Both the position numbers and the translations under genes were made by a program. A DNA stretch of 64,000 nucleotides from Deltaproteobacteria bacterium (GTDB lineage: Bacteria > Desulfobacterota > Desulfobacteria > Desulfobacterales > GCA-2748835): the NCBI GenBank assembly GCA_002748835.1, contig PDTL01000014.1, positions 23,838-87,837 of the forward strand, read 5' to 3'. Of the stretch, positions 19,274 to 28,404 are shown one piece after another. Numbering within the stretch: position 1 is the stretch's first letter; every line of letters begins with the position of its first letter. The notes under the pieces are model-generated. The model saw only the letters and a list, made by a program, of their open reading frames with translations, was not told where the DNA came from and did not search any database.

Positions 19274-22200
19274 ATGAAAACGCCAAAATGGTTGCATCTG
19301 GTGATTCTTGCCTTTTTTCTGTTCCAGACCCTGATGCCTGTACCGGCAATGGCCGCAAAAAAGTCAACGGAAAAAATCGTTCCGATTCCAGGTGGTTATG
19401 CCGTTGATTCGGCCGATTTTATGGATGGGATTGCATCGCTTGACCGGGACTTGATCCGAAGTTACTTGGCTTATATGGGCAAATCTGCGACCATTCGAGC
19501 CGGGATGCGCAAGCGGAGTGAGGAATTCAGTGAACTGCTGAAAGCCGGCGCCCCGCTGGTGCGTGTTCAGATCGCCGATCCCACCTATGCCTCACTTGCC
19601 AACGAAGCAGAACGCAGTCTTGCCTATGTGACCGATGCGCTTTCCCGTACAGAGCAAGATCATAACAAAAAAACAGAATCCCTTGAAAAGACGGTTCGCG
19701 CAGGTTTTTCCGGCAGCCGGCTTCCGGACGGCCTTCTCGGTAAGACCCGGCTGCTTGAAGACCTGTACCGACAGCAGGACACCCTGGTTCAGATGAAACT
19801 GAACATGGCGGCTAAGCTAACCGGTATCTATGACAATATTCGGGTTAACGGGAAGGTGTTTCCCCAGCCAGAAGCCGTGAAAACATGGCTGGCAGCCGTG
19901 GATGGCCTGATGATCGCCCTGGAGGCTCAGACCCTGGTTTTGAAACAGGAGACCGAGGCGTTTGAAGCGGAAAAACGGACGTATAACGAGGCTGCGCTGG
20001 CAGCGCTTTCCCTGGAACGGGAACGGACCCTTGCGCTGAAAGCGGAAAATGATCGCCAGATTGATTATCTGACATCCGTGGGGACGCCTTATACACGGGA
20101 TCAGGCTGCGCTGCTTTCCGGTGTTCAGGATGTCCTGGACTACCGGCTCAATGAAATAGAGGCACGGGAACGGGCGGTTGAGCAAGACGTATCCGGAACC
20201 GGTAACTTCCTGTATCTGCCCGAATCCCTCGATGCGGTCGCCGCCATCCGGCCGCTTGTGAACCGCTACCGGAACATCGCTTCGGGCTGGATTGAACTGA
20301 CCGGCGCCCGGATAGGTGACGCAGACCACCTGATCCGGGCCTTGGATGATGCCATTGCCGCCATGACCGATGAGTCGTCTCAGTTGTCCGCATGGCTGTC
20401 TACGGCATCCGGTGTTTACAGCCCTGAAGGAACGGCTGCCCTGAAACAGGGGCTTGAGACACGGTATGACGGGTTTCTGAATATCCTTATTGCAAACAGG
20501 GATGCTCTTAAGAAAGCCCGGAACGACCTCTCCAGCATCTCCTTTTCAGATCCGGATGCGCTCACCCGTGATGCGGCAGCCACCGCCCGCATTGTCCGGT
20601 TTAATCAGCTTGTTGAAGCAGCGATTGGCGGACTGGACGGGATCTCCGTGACGAGTTTTGTCATGGATGTGCGAACCACAGCCGACCTGGAATCTCTTGC
20701 AACAGCCATCGGACCTGGATCCCTTGAATCGGTGTTTAACGCCAGCGAGCAGCGTGCCCGCGCGATTTCGCAAGTAGCTGATCTGCTTGAGGCGCTTGAA
20801 ACGGGACTTACGGCTGATCGAGATCAGTCCGCACTGCTTCGAATGCTGGCATTGGATCTTGTATCTGAAGGAAAACGGATCTATCAGCAGAAATCCAGAG
20901 CCGTATCCCGGGCGTTGACGCACGCACCTTCGGGCAGCGGGAAGGTATATCGGTCATTTCTGGAAGGGACACAGCTTCATCTGTCCGGCCGATATGAAGA
21001 ATTGAAGGCCTATGATGCGGCCATACCTGCAGGTTTTTCTTCCCGCCTGACCGAGGCTGCCTGCCCCCTTTGCCTGGATACCCGGGTCTGGAATGACACG
21101 GCGCAGATCGGGACCCTGTTTCAGGAGCGGTTTGAAGAACTGGCAAAACTCGAACAGCTGGATCCGCTGCTGTCAGCCGCCTATCTCACTGAAACCGATC
21201 CCTACCGGGTGGCGGAACATCTGTTTGCGCTGTCTCTTGCCGTTGACAGCCCGCCTCTCATGACCCTGAAAGAAGACAGTATCGATGTCACCTTCGTGAT
21301 CGGTGATAAAGCAACTGCTATTTTAAACGTGGGAAAGACAAACAGCGTATCCGCCTCACGCCTGATCCCGGAAACAGATCCCTGGATTCAGGGGCCGTAT
21401 ATCGGATGGTCCTTTAACCCCAAAACCGCTTGGGGCTCGGAGAAAAAAAGGGTTGCTGACACGGGGGCAATGATCATTTCCGCCAGGAAAGGCTTTGCCA
21501 ACACCGCCAGTGAGATCCTTGAAGGTGCAAAGGTGATCGGCGGAAAGATCACGACGCGGCTTTCCGAATACCGGAAAAAAGCCGGTGAAGTGATTGAAAA
21601 AACAGGTGCAGGTCTTGTTAAGGCAAAAAATGCACTCTGGGATACAACCCAAAAGGCGGCAGCTGTCAGCTGGGATGTGATTAAAAATATCGGTACTCAG
21701 GCGTTTCTGGATGAACATGTGGATGCCCATGGAAATAAAACCTACAGTGTGGGGTGGATGAAACTGGTCGGTTACGGCCTTGGCGGCGCAGCCTGTGTTG
21801 TCACGGGTGGTTTGGCCTGCATTCCGCTGGCCGTTTCCGCGGGTGCTGCCGGGCTCAAGGGCGTCTTTGACACCATGGCCATGAAAAAATATAATATTAT
21901 TTCCGAAAACACCCAGTGGTATCTGAATACAGCAGTCGATATCGCGGATTTGATCGGCAGCGGTATTTTGAACATCAAAAGTGCCGGCAAGGCCTGGCAG
22001 GGTATGAGCAAAATGCATAAAGCCCTTGTGTTTTTAGGTCTGGACCCTGATAACGTCAAACATTTGGGGGAGCTGTTTTCCGTAAAAGCCTATAAAGGAC
22101 TGAAAACGATCTGGAAATATGTGGCAGAGGGCCGGTTTTCAGCCATCCGTTCTGTTTTGGAAAAATTCCGAATCCCTGTAAAAATGGCAGAGCGGTTTCT

Positions 22201-22918
22201 TAACGGTCTGAATGCGGGGAAGACCCTGTATGATGCGTACATGATGGTGACGGGACTTCCTGCGAAGCTTGCTGATTACTACACGTATGTGATCTCCCCC
22301 GCCGGATCCTTGCTCATGAATGGCGTCAAAAAATTGGCCTCCCTGGACCCGATGACCCTGCTGAAATACGGGCTGTTTTTAGGTCCGGGCTGGTCACCGC
22401 TTACGAACGGGACACCCCTGAATTGGTCCATGACCCCGCAGGATGCCCTGGATGCCTTGGGCCGGGCGATCGGATGGGCATACACGTCGGGTGATGCTGC
22501 TGTCAAATGGATTGCCGACCTGGTGATGGTCCATGAAGCACTGGCCTTAAATCCCATGTCGCCTGCAGCTCAGTCCTATCTGGAAAGCCTGATCGCGGCG
22601 TTTATCTCCCGATCCACGCTGGATACACTGAGCGGACTTCCGGATACGGTGTTCAGCGGCCTTTCTGCCGCAGATGATTATATCGACCTGTTGAGCCGAT
22701 ATGGGGAATTTATGCTAGCGGCGCCCTGGGCGATTGCCGATGATTACGCTGGAGGGGATGTTGTCCATTCAGAGACGGGCACGCGCCTGACCGGTGGTTC
22801 GGCAACCGATACCGGGACCGCCGCGAAGACAGCGACGCCTCCGAAACATCGCGCACCCACGACCTACAGGAAACCTGTACCCGTTAAACCGGGTAAGATG
22901 CGAAAACTGCCGTGGTAA
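19274..22918 (+). CDS. large (1214 aa) secreted/membrane-associated protein of unknown function
   Basis: Signal peptide LHLVILAFFLFQTLMPVPAMAAKK. The first ~700 aa are Leu/Ala/Glu/Arg-rich and look helical. A Gly/Ala-rich hydrophobic hairpin VGYGLGGAACVVTGGLACIPLAVSAGAAGL spans about 21765-21860. The C-terminal tail is basic and Pro/Lys-rich. I see no catalytic motif. Confidence 0.7.
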   Translation: MKTPKWLHLVILAFFLFQTLMPVPAMAAKKSTEKIVPIPGGYAVDSADFMDGIASLDRDLIRSYLAYMGKSATIRAGMRKRSEEFSELLKAGAPLVRVQIADPTYASLANEAERSLAYVTDALSRTEQDHNKKTESLEKTVRAGFSGSRLPDGLLGKTRLLEDLYRQQDTLVQMKLNMAAKLTGIYDNIRVNGKVFPQPEAVKTWLAAVDGLMIALEAQTLVLKQETEAFEAEKRTYNEAALAALSLERERTLALKAENDRQIDYLTSVGTPYTRDQAALLSGVQDVLDYRLNEIEARERAVEQDVSGTGNFLYLPESLDAVAAIRPLVNRYRNIASGWIELTGARIGDADHLIRALDDAIAAMTDESSQLSAWLSTASGVYSPEGTAALKQGLETRYDGFLNILIANRDALKKARNDLSSISFSDPDALTRDAAATARIVRFNQLVEAAIGGLDGISVTSFVMDVRTTADLESLATAIGPGSLESVFNASEQRARAISQVADLLEALETGLTADRDQSALLRMLALDLVSEGKRIYQQKSRAVSRALTHAPSGSGKVYRSFLEGTQLHLSGRYEELKAYDAAIPAGFSSRLTEAACPLCLDTRVWNDTAQIGTLFQERFEELAKLEQLDPLLSAAYLTETDPYRVAEHLFALSLAVDSPPLMTLKEDSIDVTFVIGDKATAILNVGKTNSVSASRLIPETDPWIQGPYIGWSFNPKTAWGSEKKRVADTGAMIISARKGFANTASEILEGAKVIGGKITTRLSEYRKKAGEVIEKTGAGLVKAKNALWDTTQKAAAVSWDVIKNIGTQAFLDEHVDAHGNKTYSVGWMKLVGYGLGGAACVVTGGLACIPLAVSAGAAGLKGVFDTMAMKKYNIISENTQWYLNTAVDIADLIGSGILNIKSAGKAWQGMSKMHKALVFLGLDPDNVKHLGELFSVKAYKGLKTIWKYVAEGRFSAIRSVLEKFRIPVKMAERFLNGLNAGKTLYDAYMMVTGLPAKLADYYTYVISPAGSLLMNGVKKLASLDPMTLLKYGLFLGPGWSPLTNGTPLNWSMTPQDALDALGRAIGWAYTSGDAAVKWIADLVMVHEALALNPMSPAAQSYLESLIAAFISRSTLDTLSGLPDTVFSGLSAADDYIDLLSRYGEFMLAAPWAIADDYAGGDVVHSETGTRLTGGSATDTGTAAKTATPPKHRAPTTYRKPVPVKPGKMRKLPW

Positions 22919-22941
22919 ACACCACAGGAAAGGAGCCACAA

Positions 22942-23466
22942 ATGACGGCAAAAAAAACGATGGTTCTGCTTTTGGGGATGCTGGTGTTGAACGCCTGCGT
23001 CCAGAATCGGCCCCGCCCGGCAGCAACGCAACCGCCAGCAAAAACAGGCGGAGAAACGGTTGCCATTAACCTGGATCATGCCTCGCTTCGTACGGAAATC
23101 ATAGGGGCAAACGGGTATGCCCTCGCACTTTTTTACAACAATCAGTACCGGCCCTCTGCTGAGCTCGAGGCGATTTTTGACGCGCTTTCAGTCAAATACA
23201 AAGACGCTGCCGTGTACGGAAAATTTTTCTGGTATCTGGATTGGAACGGGGAACAGTACGGACTGGACATGCTACCCACGGTCATTCTCTTTAACAATGG
23301 AGAAGAGATCGATCGGATCCGGGGAATGGACACGGACAAGAACCGGATCCAAAAGGACATGGATCTCTGGCTGAGGAAAAATGTCGTGAATCCGCAAGGG
23401 GACGGGTTCTCGGGTGCGTTCACCTATCGGTTCAACAATACCTATACCCTGTCGATTTCAAACTGA
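22942..23466 (+). CDS. thioredoxin-fold lipoprotein lacking the CxxC motif
   Basis: ATG at 22942 after AGGAGCC. Lipobox LVLNAC. The Trx-like layout is ALALFYNNQYRPSAELEAIFDAL...LPTVILFNNGEEIDRIRG, with NNQY where WCGPC would sit. Confidence 0.55.
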   Translation: MTAKKTMVLLLGMLVLNACVQNRPRPAATQPPAKTGGETVAINLDHASLRTEIIGANGYALALFYNNQYRPSAELEAIFDALSVKYKDAAVYGKFFWYLDWNGEQYGLDMLPTVILFNNGEEIDRIRGMDTDKNRIQKDMDLWLRKNVVNPQGDGFSGAFTYRFNNTYTLSISN

Positions 23467-23482
23467 TACAAGGACCTGGTGC

Positions 23483-25189
23483 ATGGCAACAGCCCGCGAC
23501 ATACTGAACGCTGACATCCGGCGAATTGCCGGAATGAACGGTATTGATCCCCTGCCGGAAGCCGGCAGCATCGAGGGGCTGTTGTCCGACCACCTGATCG
23601 AATCCGGGCGTGCAGCGGCAGATGCCGTGAATGTCATGCTGGAAGAGGCCACCGGCGTGCCGGCACTGGATCCGTCCCGCGTGTCGTTTTCCGATGCGTT
23701 CATCTCTCTGGCAACGGCCCTGATCCCGCGGGATTTGCTGGTGGCTCTTGGGGTTTTCCCGGTGCGGCTGAATAAACACCGGCTTCATCTGGTCATGGCG
23801 GTTCCCGGTGATTCAGAGGCGATACACCGGATTGAGGCGTGGACCGGTTCTCTCGTGGTCCCGTATGTCTGTCATTCACGGGGAATCATCAGTGCCATTG
23901 AGCGGATTCTGCCGGCAGCCGATGCAGTAGGAGAGATACCTGATGATCTGGACGCGCTGACCCTGGCGGCTGCCGGAACCGTTTCCGCAAAGGTGTCGGA
24001 CCAGGTGGAGACGCTGCGGGTGCTCACGGATGTGCCGCTGATCCGATTGGTGCAGGGGCTGTTAGCGGCTGCCGTTGAACGGGGTGCCAGTGATATCCAT
24101 ATTGAACCGGGACGGGAAGGGTGCCGTATCCGGATCCGGAAAGACGGTGTCCTTAACCGGTTCCATACCACGCCTGCCGTTTTGCGGGAGCCCATCATGA
24201 ACCGCCTGAAGCTGATGGCGGATATGGATGTGACAGACCGGCGAACGCCCCAGGACGGGAGTATTTCCTTTGGTGTGATTCCCGGCCGGGAGATCGACCT
24301 GAGGGTCTCTTCCCTGCCCACGGTGAACGGCGAAAAAGTGGTGCTCCGGATTCTGGACCGCGCGGATGTTGGGTTTGACCTGGAAGCTCTCGGCATGGAA
24401 GTTCCAGATCTGAAACGACTGAACCGCTCGATCTCTCAGCCCAGCGGCCTGGTCCTGGTGACAGGACCTACGGGCAGCGGGAAAACCACCACCTTGTATG
24501 CGATCCTGAATCATTTGAATCAAACGTCTGTGAATATCGTAACTGCGGAAGACCCTGTGGAATACCGCCTGGAGGGGGTTACCCAGGTGAACTGTTCCGA
24601 GGAAAGCGGGGTTTCCTTTGCCGATGCCCTGCGGTCGTTTCTCCGGCAGGATCCGGATATTATCATGGTGGGCGAAATCCGGGATCTGGAAACCGCCGAG
24701 TTTGCTGTCAAGGCCGCCATGACCGGCCATCTTGTTTTTTCGACCCTTCACACCATGGATGCGGTGGGAGCGGTTCAGCGCCTGGTCAATATGGGGGTAC
24801 CGCCGTACCTGATCGTCTCTGCCAAAGTTACGGTGGTGGCCCAACGGCTCCTTCGCCGGATCTGCGAAAACTGCCGGGTTGTGGATGAAGGCAGGGCAGA
24901 GGCGCTGAGCGTTCTTTCCATTGACAATCCAGCGTCGCTTTCCCTGTTTCGGGGCAGTGGATGCGATGACTGCAACGGAACCGGATACAGCGGGCGGCTC
25001 GGCGTCTATGAACTGTTTGCGGTGTCTGAAGCGGTGTCTGAATTGATTTTAAAGGATGCATCATCCGAAGCCTTGCGGAAAGTGGCGAAATCCGAAGGGA
25101 TGATTACCCTTCGGGAAGCCGCGCTTTTGAAACTCAAAGACGGCCGTACGACACTGGATGAAGTGCTACGGGTGACCATGGACATGTAG
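23483..25189 (+). CDS. GspE/PilB-family secretion ATPase with N-terminal T2SSE_N-like domain and tetracysteine motif
   Basis: ATG at 23483, an internal Met of track ORF 23414. Walker A VTGPTGSGKTTTLYA, Asp box TAEDPVEY, Walker B DPDIIMVGEIRD and His box TGHLVFSTLHT. Cys4 cluster CENC...CDDCNGTGYSGR. Confidence 0.9.
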   Translation: MATARDILNADIRRIAGMNGIDPLPEAGSIEGLLSDHLIESGRAAADAVNVMLEEATGVPALDPSRVSFSDAFISLATALIPRDLLVALGVFPVRLNKHRLHLVMAVPGDSEAIHRIEAWTGSLVVPYVCHSRGIISAIERILPAADAVGEIPDDLDALTLAAAGTVSAKVSDQVETLRVLTDVPLIRLVQGLLAAAVERGASDIHIEPGREGCRIRIRKDGVLNRFHTTPAVLREPIMNRLKLMADMDVTDRRTPQDGSISFGVIPGREIDLRVSSLPTVNGEKVVLRILDRADVGFDLEALGMEVPDLKRLNRSISQPSGLVLVTGPTGSGKTTTLYAILNHLNQTSVNIVTAEDPVEYRLEGVTQVNCSEESGVSFADALRSFLRQDPDIIMVGEIRDLETAEFAVKAAMTGHLVFSTLHTMDAVGAVQRLVNMGVPPYLIVSAKVTVVAQRLLRRICENCRVVDEGRAEALSVLSIDNPASLSLFRGSGCDDCNGTGYSGRLGVYELFAVSEAVSELILKDASSEALRKVAKSEGMITLREAALLKLKDGRTTLDEVLRVTMDM

Positions 25190-25208
25190 CGGGAAGGATA
25201 AACGAAAC

Positions 25209-26087
25209 GTGGAAAATCTCATTGTCTTTGGCGGCGTGGCAGCGTTTGCACTGGCTGTGGCCGTATGCGTCTATCATCTGTTTCCGTCCGGAACCGATGA
25301 GGCCATTCGCGGCCACATGGAGGGACCGGGGACTTCTGCAGGCGAGACGGCGCAGTTTGTGGCAAAGTTCCGTCTGTTTATCGAGTTGCTGAATCCGGTG
25401 GTCTCCATTCTGCCGATACAGGGATACCGAAAACGGATTCAAAAATACGCCATTTCTGCGGGCGTGGAACGGGAATTGAGCGCAGAAGATTTTATCGGTC
25501 TGCAGCTCACCATTACCCTGCTCCTTCCCTTGCTTCTGTACACAGCCTTTAAGAATCCCCTGTATTCCAGCATCGGGGCTGCTGTGGGCCTGATTTTTCC
25601 TTATTACTGGCTTTGGGACAAGATGAATACCCGCCAGAAAGCCATTCGTTCGACGATCCCCGACATTCTCGATACCCTGTCCCTTGCCGTGGCAGCCGGG
25701 CTTGATTTCAATGCCGCTATCCGGAAAATCTGCGACATTTATGCGGATGACGGCAACCCCTTTACCGAAGAGCTGCACCTGATGCTGCAGAACATTACCC
25801 TAGGACGCTCCCGGGAAGAGGCGCTCCGGGAAATGGCTGCTCGAATTGATATGACACCGGTCTACTCGTTTGTCTCCATTCTGATTCAGGCGGAAAAAAT
25901 GGGGAGCAGTATTGCCGATACCCTGAAGTCCCAGGCAGAGCGCTACCGTGAAGATCGGTTTCTGGAGGCGGAACGGGCCGGGGCGGTGGCAGCCCAGAAA
26001 CTTTTGGTGCCCATGATTATTTTTATTTTTCCCTTGCTGTTTGTTGTTATTTTTGGGCCGTATGTACTTCAGTTTATTTATAAGTAA
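25209..26087 (+). CDS. tadC: TadC-like platform protein (single T2SS-F domain)
   Basis: GTG start. T2SSF pattern DILDTLSLAVAAGLDFNAAIRKI...ALREMAARIDMTPVYSFVSILIQAEKMGSSIADTL. It has a C-terminal TM pair. Confidence 0.85.
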   Translation: MENLIVFGGVAAFALAVAVCVYHLFPSGTDEAIRGHMEGPGTSAGETAQFVAKFRLFIELLNPVVSILPIQGYRKRIQKYAISAGVERELSAEDFIGLQLTITLLLPLLLYTAFKNPLYSSIGAAVGLIFPYYWLWDKMNTRQKAIRSTIPDILDTLSLAVAAGLDFNAAIRKICDIYADDGNPFTEELHLMLQNITLGRSREEALREMAARIDMTPVYSFVSILIQAEKMGSSIADTLKSQAERYREDRFLEAERAGAVAAQKLLVPMIIFIFPLLFVVIFGPYVLQFIYK

Positions 26088-26122
26088 GCATACGGTTCAC
26101 ACAGGTCAGATGATAGCGGGTT

Positions 26123-27511
26123 ATGCACTGGATACTTGAAATTACAGATGAAAATCAACCGGCCCAGGTGATGGAACTGGCCCCGGGTGAGTACCGCATC
26201 GGCCGGGCAACGGTGTCTGAGGTGCATCTGGATGACCGGTCCGTGTCCAAACTCCATGCAACTCTGCATGTTTCAACGGACGGCGTGCTCACGGTTCGGG
26301 ATGAGAAAAGCGCCAACGGCACCCGGGTGGATGGCAAACCGGTGATTGAAAAGCGACTTGCCGGCAGGGCGGAAATTCAGATCGCCGGATTCCGGTTGAT
26401 GCTGTCGCCGCCGGATATCGTTCTTGGAAAACCGAAAAAAGGCTTCCTGCCTGATGCACGGATGATCTTTATTGCGGTGATGGTGCTGTTTCTGTCTGTG
26501 GTCATACTGACGTCTCACCTGCAGATGAAAGGGACGCTCAAGGCGTTTCGCGAAAAAGGCTCGCTCTCCCACGGCGCCACGCTGGTGACCTGGCTGGGAG
26601 AAATGAACCGGTATTTTTTGTCCGGGAAGCATCATGACCAGCTGACCCTGGATCCGGTGGCATCGGAAACCGGTGTGTTGCAGGCCTTTATCGTGGGTAG
26701 TACCGGCCGAATCCTGAAACCCCTGGAGTATTTCGGCAATTATCTGGAGATGGCGGATCTCGACGCCATCCTGACATCGGGTACCCTGACCATTCGATCT
26801 CAGGGGCCAGATGAGACGCTGATGATCTATCCCATTATCGGTCCATCATATCCCTATGGCGCGGCGGTTATCCGTTTCCGGACCTCGGACTGGGGACGGG
26901 ATCTGCCGGCTCCGGGCAGTGGACAGTTGATGCTGTTTCTGATTTCAGGAGGGCTGATCAGTCTGGTGACGGGTCTCTGGCTGTATCGCCAATTGTTGTC
27001 TCCTGTGCGGCTGCTGACTGCAGATCTGGACCGCGCACTTACGGAAAACGACACCCGGCTCCAGACACCACCGCCCACAGACGACCATCTACCCCTCTGG
27101 GAAGCGGTCAGCCGTCTTCTGGTCAGAGTGGCCTATCAGAAAAAAACGGAATCCGCGATCCCTGCAGGTTCACACCGTCCAGCCGCGCCCCCACTATCTG
27201 CGCCTGAATGCCGTTTATCGACCCATCCCTACCCGGCCTGCCGTGTGGCAACAGACAGTTACCTAATCAAGGCGTGGAATCCGGCCTTTAAAGAACGATT
27301 TTCATCTGAAAAAGAACTGACAGCCGACACCCACCTTATTGAGGTGATTCAACACCCGGAGCTGGTCAATATGGCATTTGATCTGCTCCAGTCAGAAAAT
27401 CCAAAACCCGCAATCGCCGGCACCTGCAAGCTGAGCCTGTATCCGTCGGCAGATGATTCCGGCACGTCAGTGGTGCTCTCGTTTCAGGAGATAGAAGATG
27501 CAAACAGGTAA
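26123..27511 (+). CDS. FHA-domain membrane protein (FHA - TM - extracytoplasmic region - TM - C-terminal domain)
   Basis: FHA core YRIGRATVSEVHLDDRSVSKLHATL...RDEKSANGTRVDG. TM segments MIFIAVMVLFLSVVILT and LMLFLISGGLISLVTGLWLY. The 3' end overlaps the next gene by 14 nt. Confidence 0.8.
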   Translation: MHWILEITDENQPAQVMELAPGEYRIGRATVSEVHLDDRSVSKLHATLHVSTDGVLTVRDEKSANGTRVDGKPVIEKRLAGRAEIQIAGFRLMLSPPDIVLGKPKKGFLPDARMIFIAVMVLFLSVVILTSHLQMKGTLKAFREKGSLSHGATLVTWLGEMNRYFLSGKHHDQLTLDPVASETGVLQAFIVGSTGRILKPLEYFGNYLEMADLDAILTSGTLTIRSQGPDETLMIYPIIGPSYPYGAAVIRFRTSDWGRDLPAPGSGQLMLFLISGGLISLVTGLWLYRQLLSPVRLLTADLDRALTENDTRLQTPPPTDDHLPLWEAVSRLLVRVAYQKKTESAIPAGSHRPAAPPLSAPECRLSTHPYPACRVATDSYLIKAWNPAFKERFSSEKELTADTHLIEVIQHPELVNMAFDLLQSENPKPAIAGTCKLSLYPSADDSGTSVVLSFQEIEDANR

Positions 27512-28400
27512 TTCCGCCGCAGGCAAACATGCTTCAGTGGCGCTGGTGATGACCGCCGGTAGCGCCAAAGGGCGTTCCTTTGCGCTGAATGAAGGTGGGG
27601 TGTACCGGATTGGCCGGTCACCGGAATCTGAAATCGCCCTGGATCCCCAGGATAAAAGTGTGTCCCGGCTGCATGCGCGTGTGCAGGTGAAATCCGGGAG
27701 GATTTTGTTTGCAAACGCCAGCCAGACCAACCCGGCTGTGGTGAACGGCAAGCTTGCGCTGAAAACGCTGGAACTGAGAAACGGCGATACCCTTCGCATT
27801 GGCGCTTCCGTTTTTCAGCTTCACACCGCTCGCACGGCAGGAGGGCCAGATAAAAAAACAATAAAGACAGGTGAGGAAAAACGACCGGTGCTGCTCTACG
27901 CAGTGGCGGGCGTGGTTGTGCTGATTGCGGTGCTGGCCGGTGTCAAACGATTTATATCTGATCGTGGCGGCGGGAGTGGAGATGACACACTGACTATCAG
28001 CAGCAACGCGTCGGATCCGCTGCTTGAAGGTGACGGGCTTCCCATGGCTTCCCTTTCGAATGCGCCGGGAAAGGGCGGCAATACACAGGCGGATTCGCTG
28101 TTTCACCAGGGGCTTTTTTTCTATGACGCCGGAAAACTCAAAAATGCCATTGACCGTTTTGAGGCGGCGCTGAAGGCGCAGCCTGATCACACCCTTTCCG
28201 AGCAGTGGCTGATGAAGACAGAATCGGAGCTGGCTGCCAGTGTGGATGTGCATTATCAGAAAGCCCTGCAGCACATGAAGTATATGCGTTACGGTGAAGC
28301 TGTCACCGAGTTTACCATCGTGGTTCAGCTGTCCCAGGATCCGGCAGATGAAAAATTTATGAACGCAAAAGAACAGCTGCTCAAGTTGAAAGGAAAGTAG
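27498..28400 (+). CDS. FHA-domain membrane protein with C-terminal TPR-like region
   Basis: FHA core YRIGRSPESEIALDPQDKSVSRLHARV...ASQTNPAVVNG. TM VLLYAVAGVVVLIAVLAGV. TPR-like segment ADSLFHQGLFFYDAGKLKNAIDRFEAALKAQPDH. Confidence 0.8.
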   Translation: MQTGNSAAGKHASVALVMTAGSAKGRSFALNEGGVYRIGRSPESEIALDPQDKSVSRLHARVQVKSGRILFANASQTNPAVVNGKLALKTLELRNGDTLRIGASVFQLHTARTAGGPDKKTIKTGEEKRPVLLYAVAGVVVLIAVLAGVKRFISDRGGGSGDDTLTISSNASDPLLEGDGLPMASLSNAPGKGGNTQADSLFHQGLFFYDAGKLKNAIDRFEAALKAQPDHTLSEQWLMKTESELAASVDVHYQKALQHMKYMRYGEAVTEFTIVVQLSQDPADEKFMNAKEQLLKLKGK

Positions 28401-28404
28401 AGAG

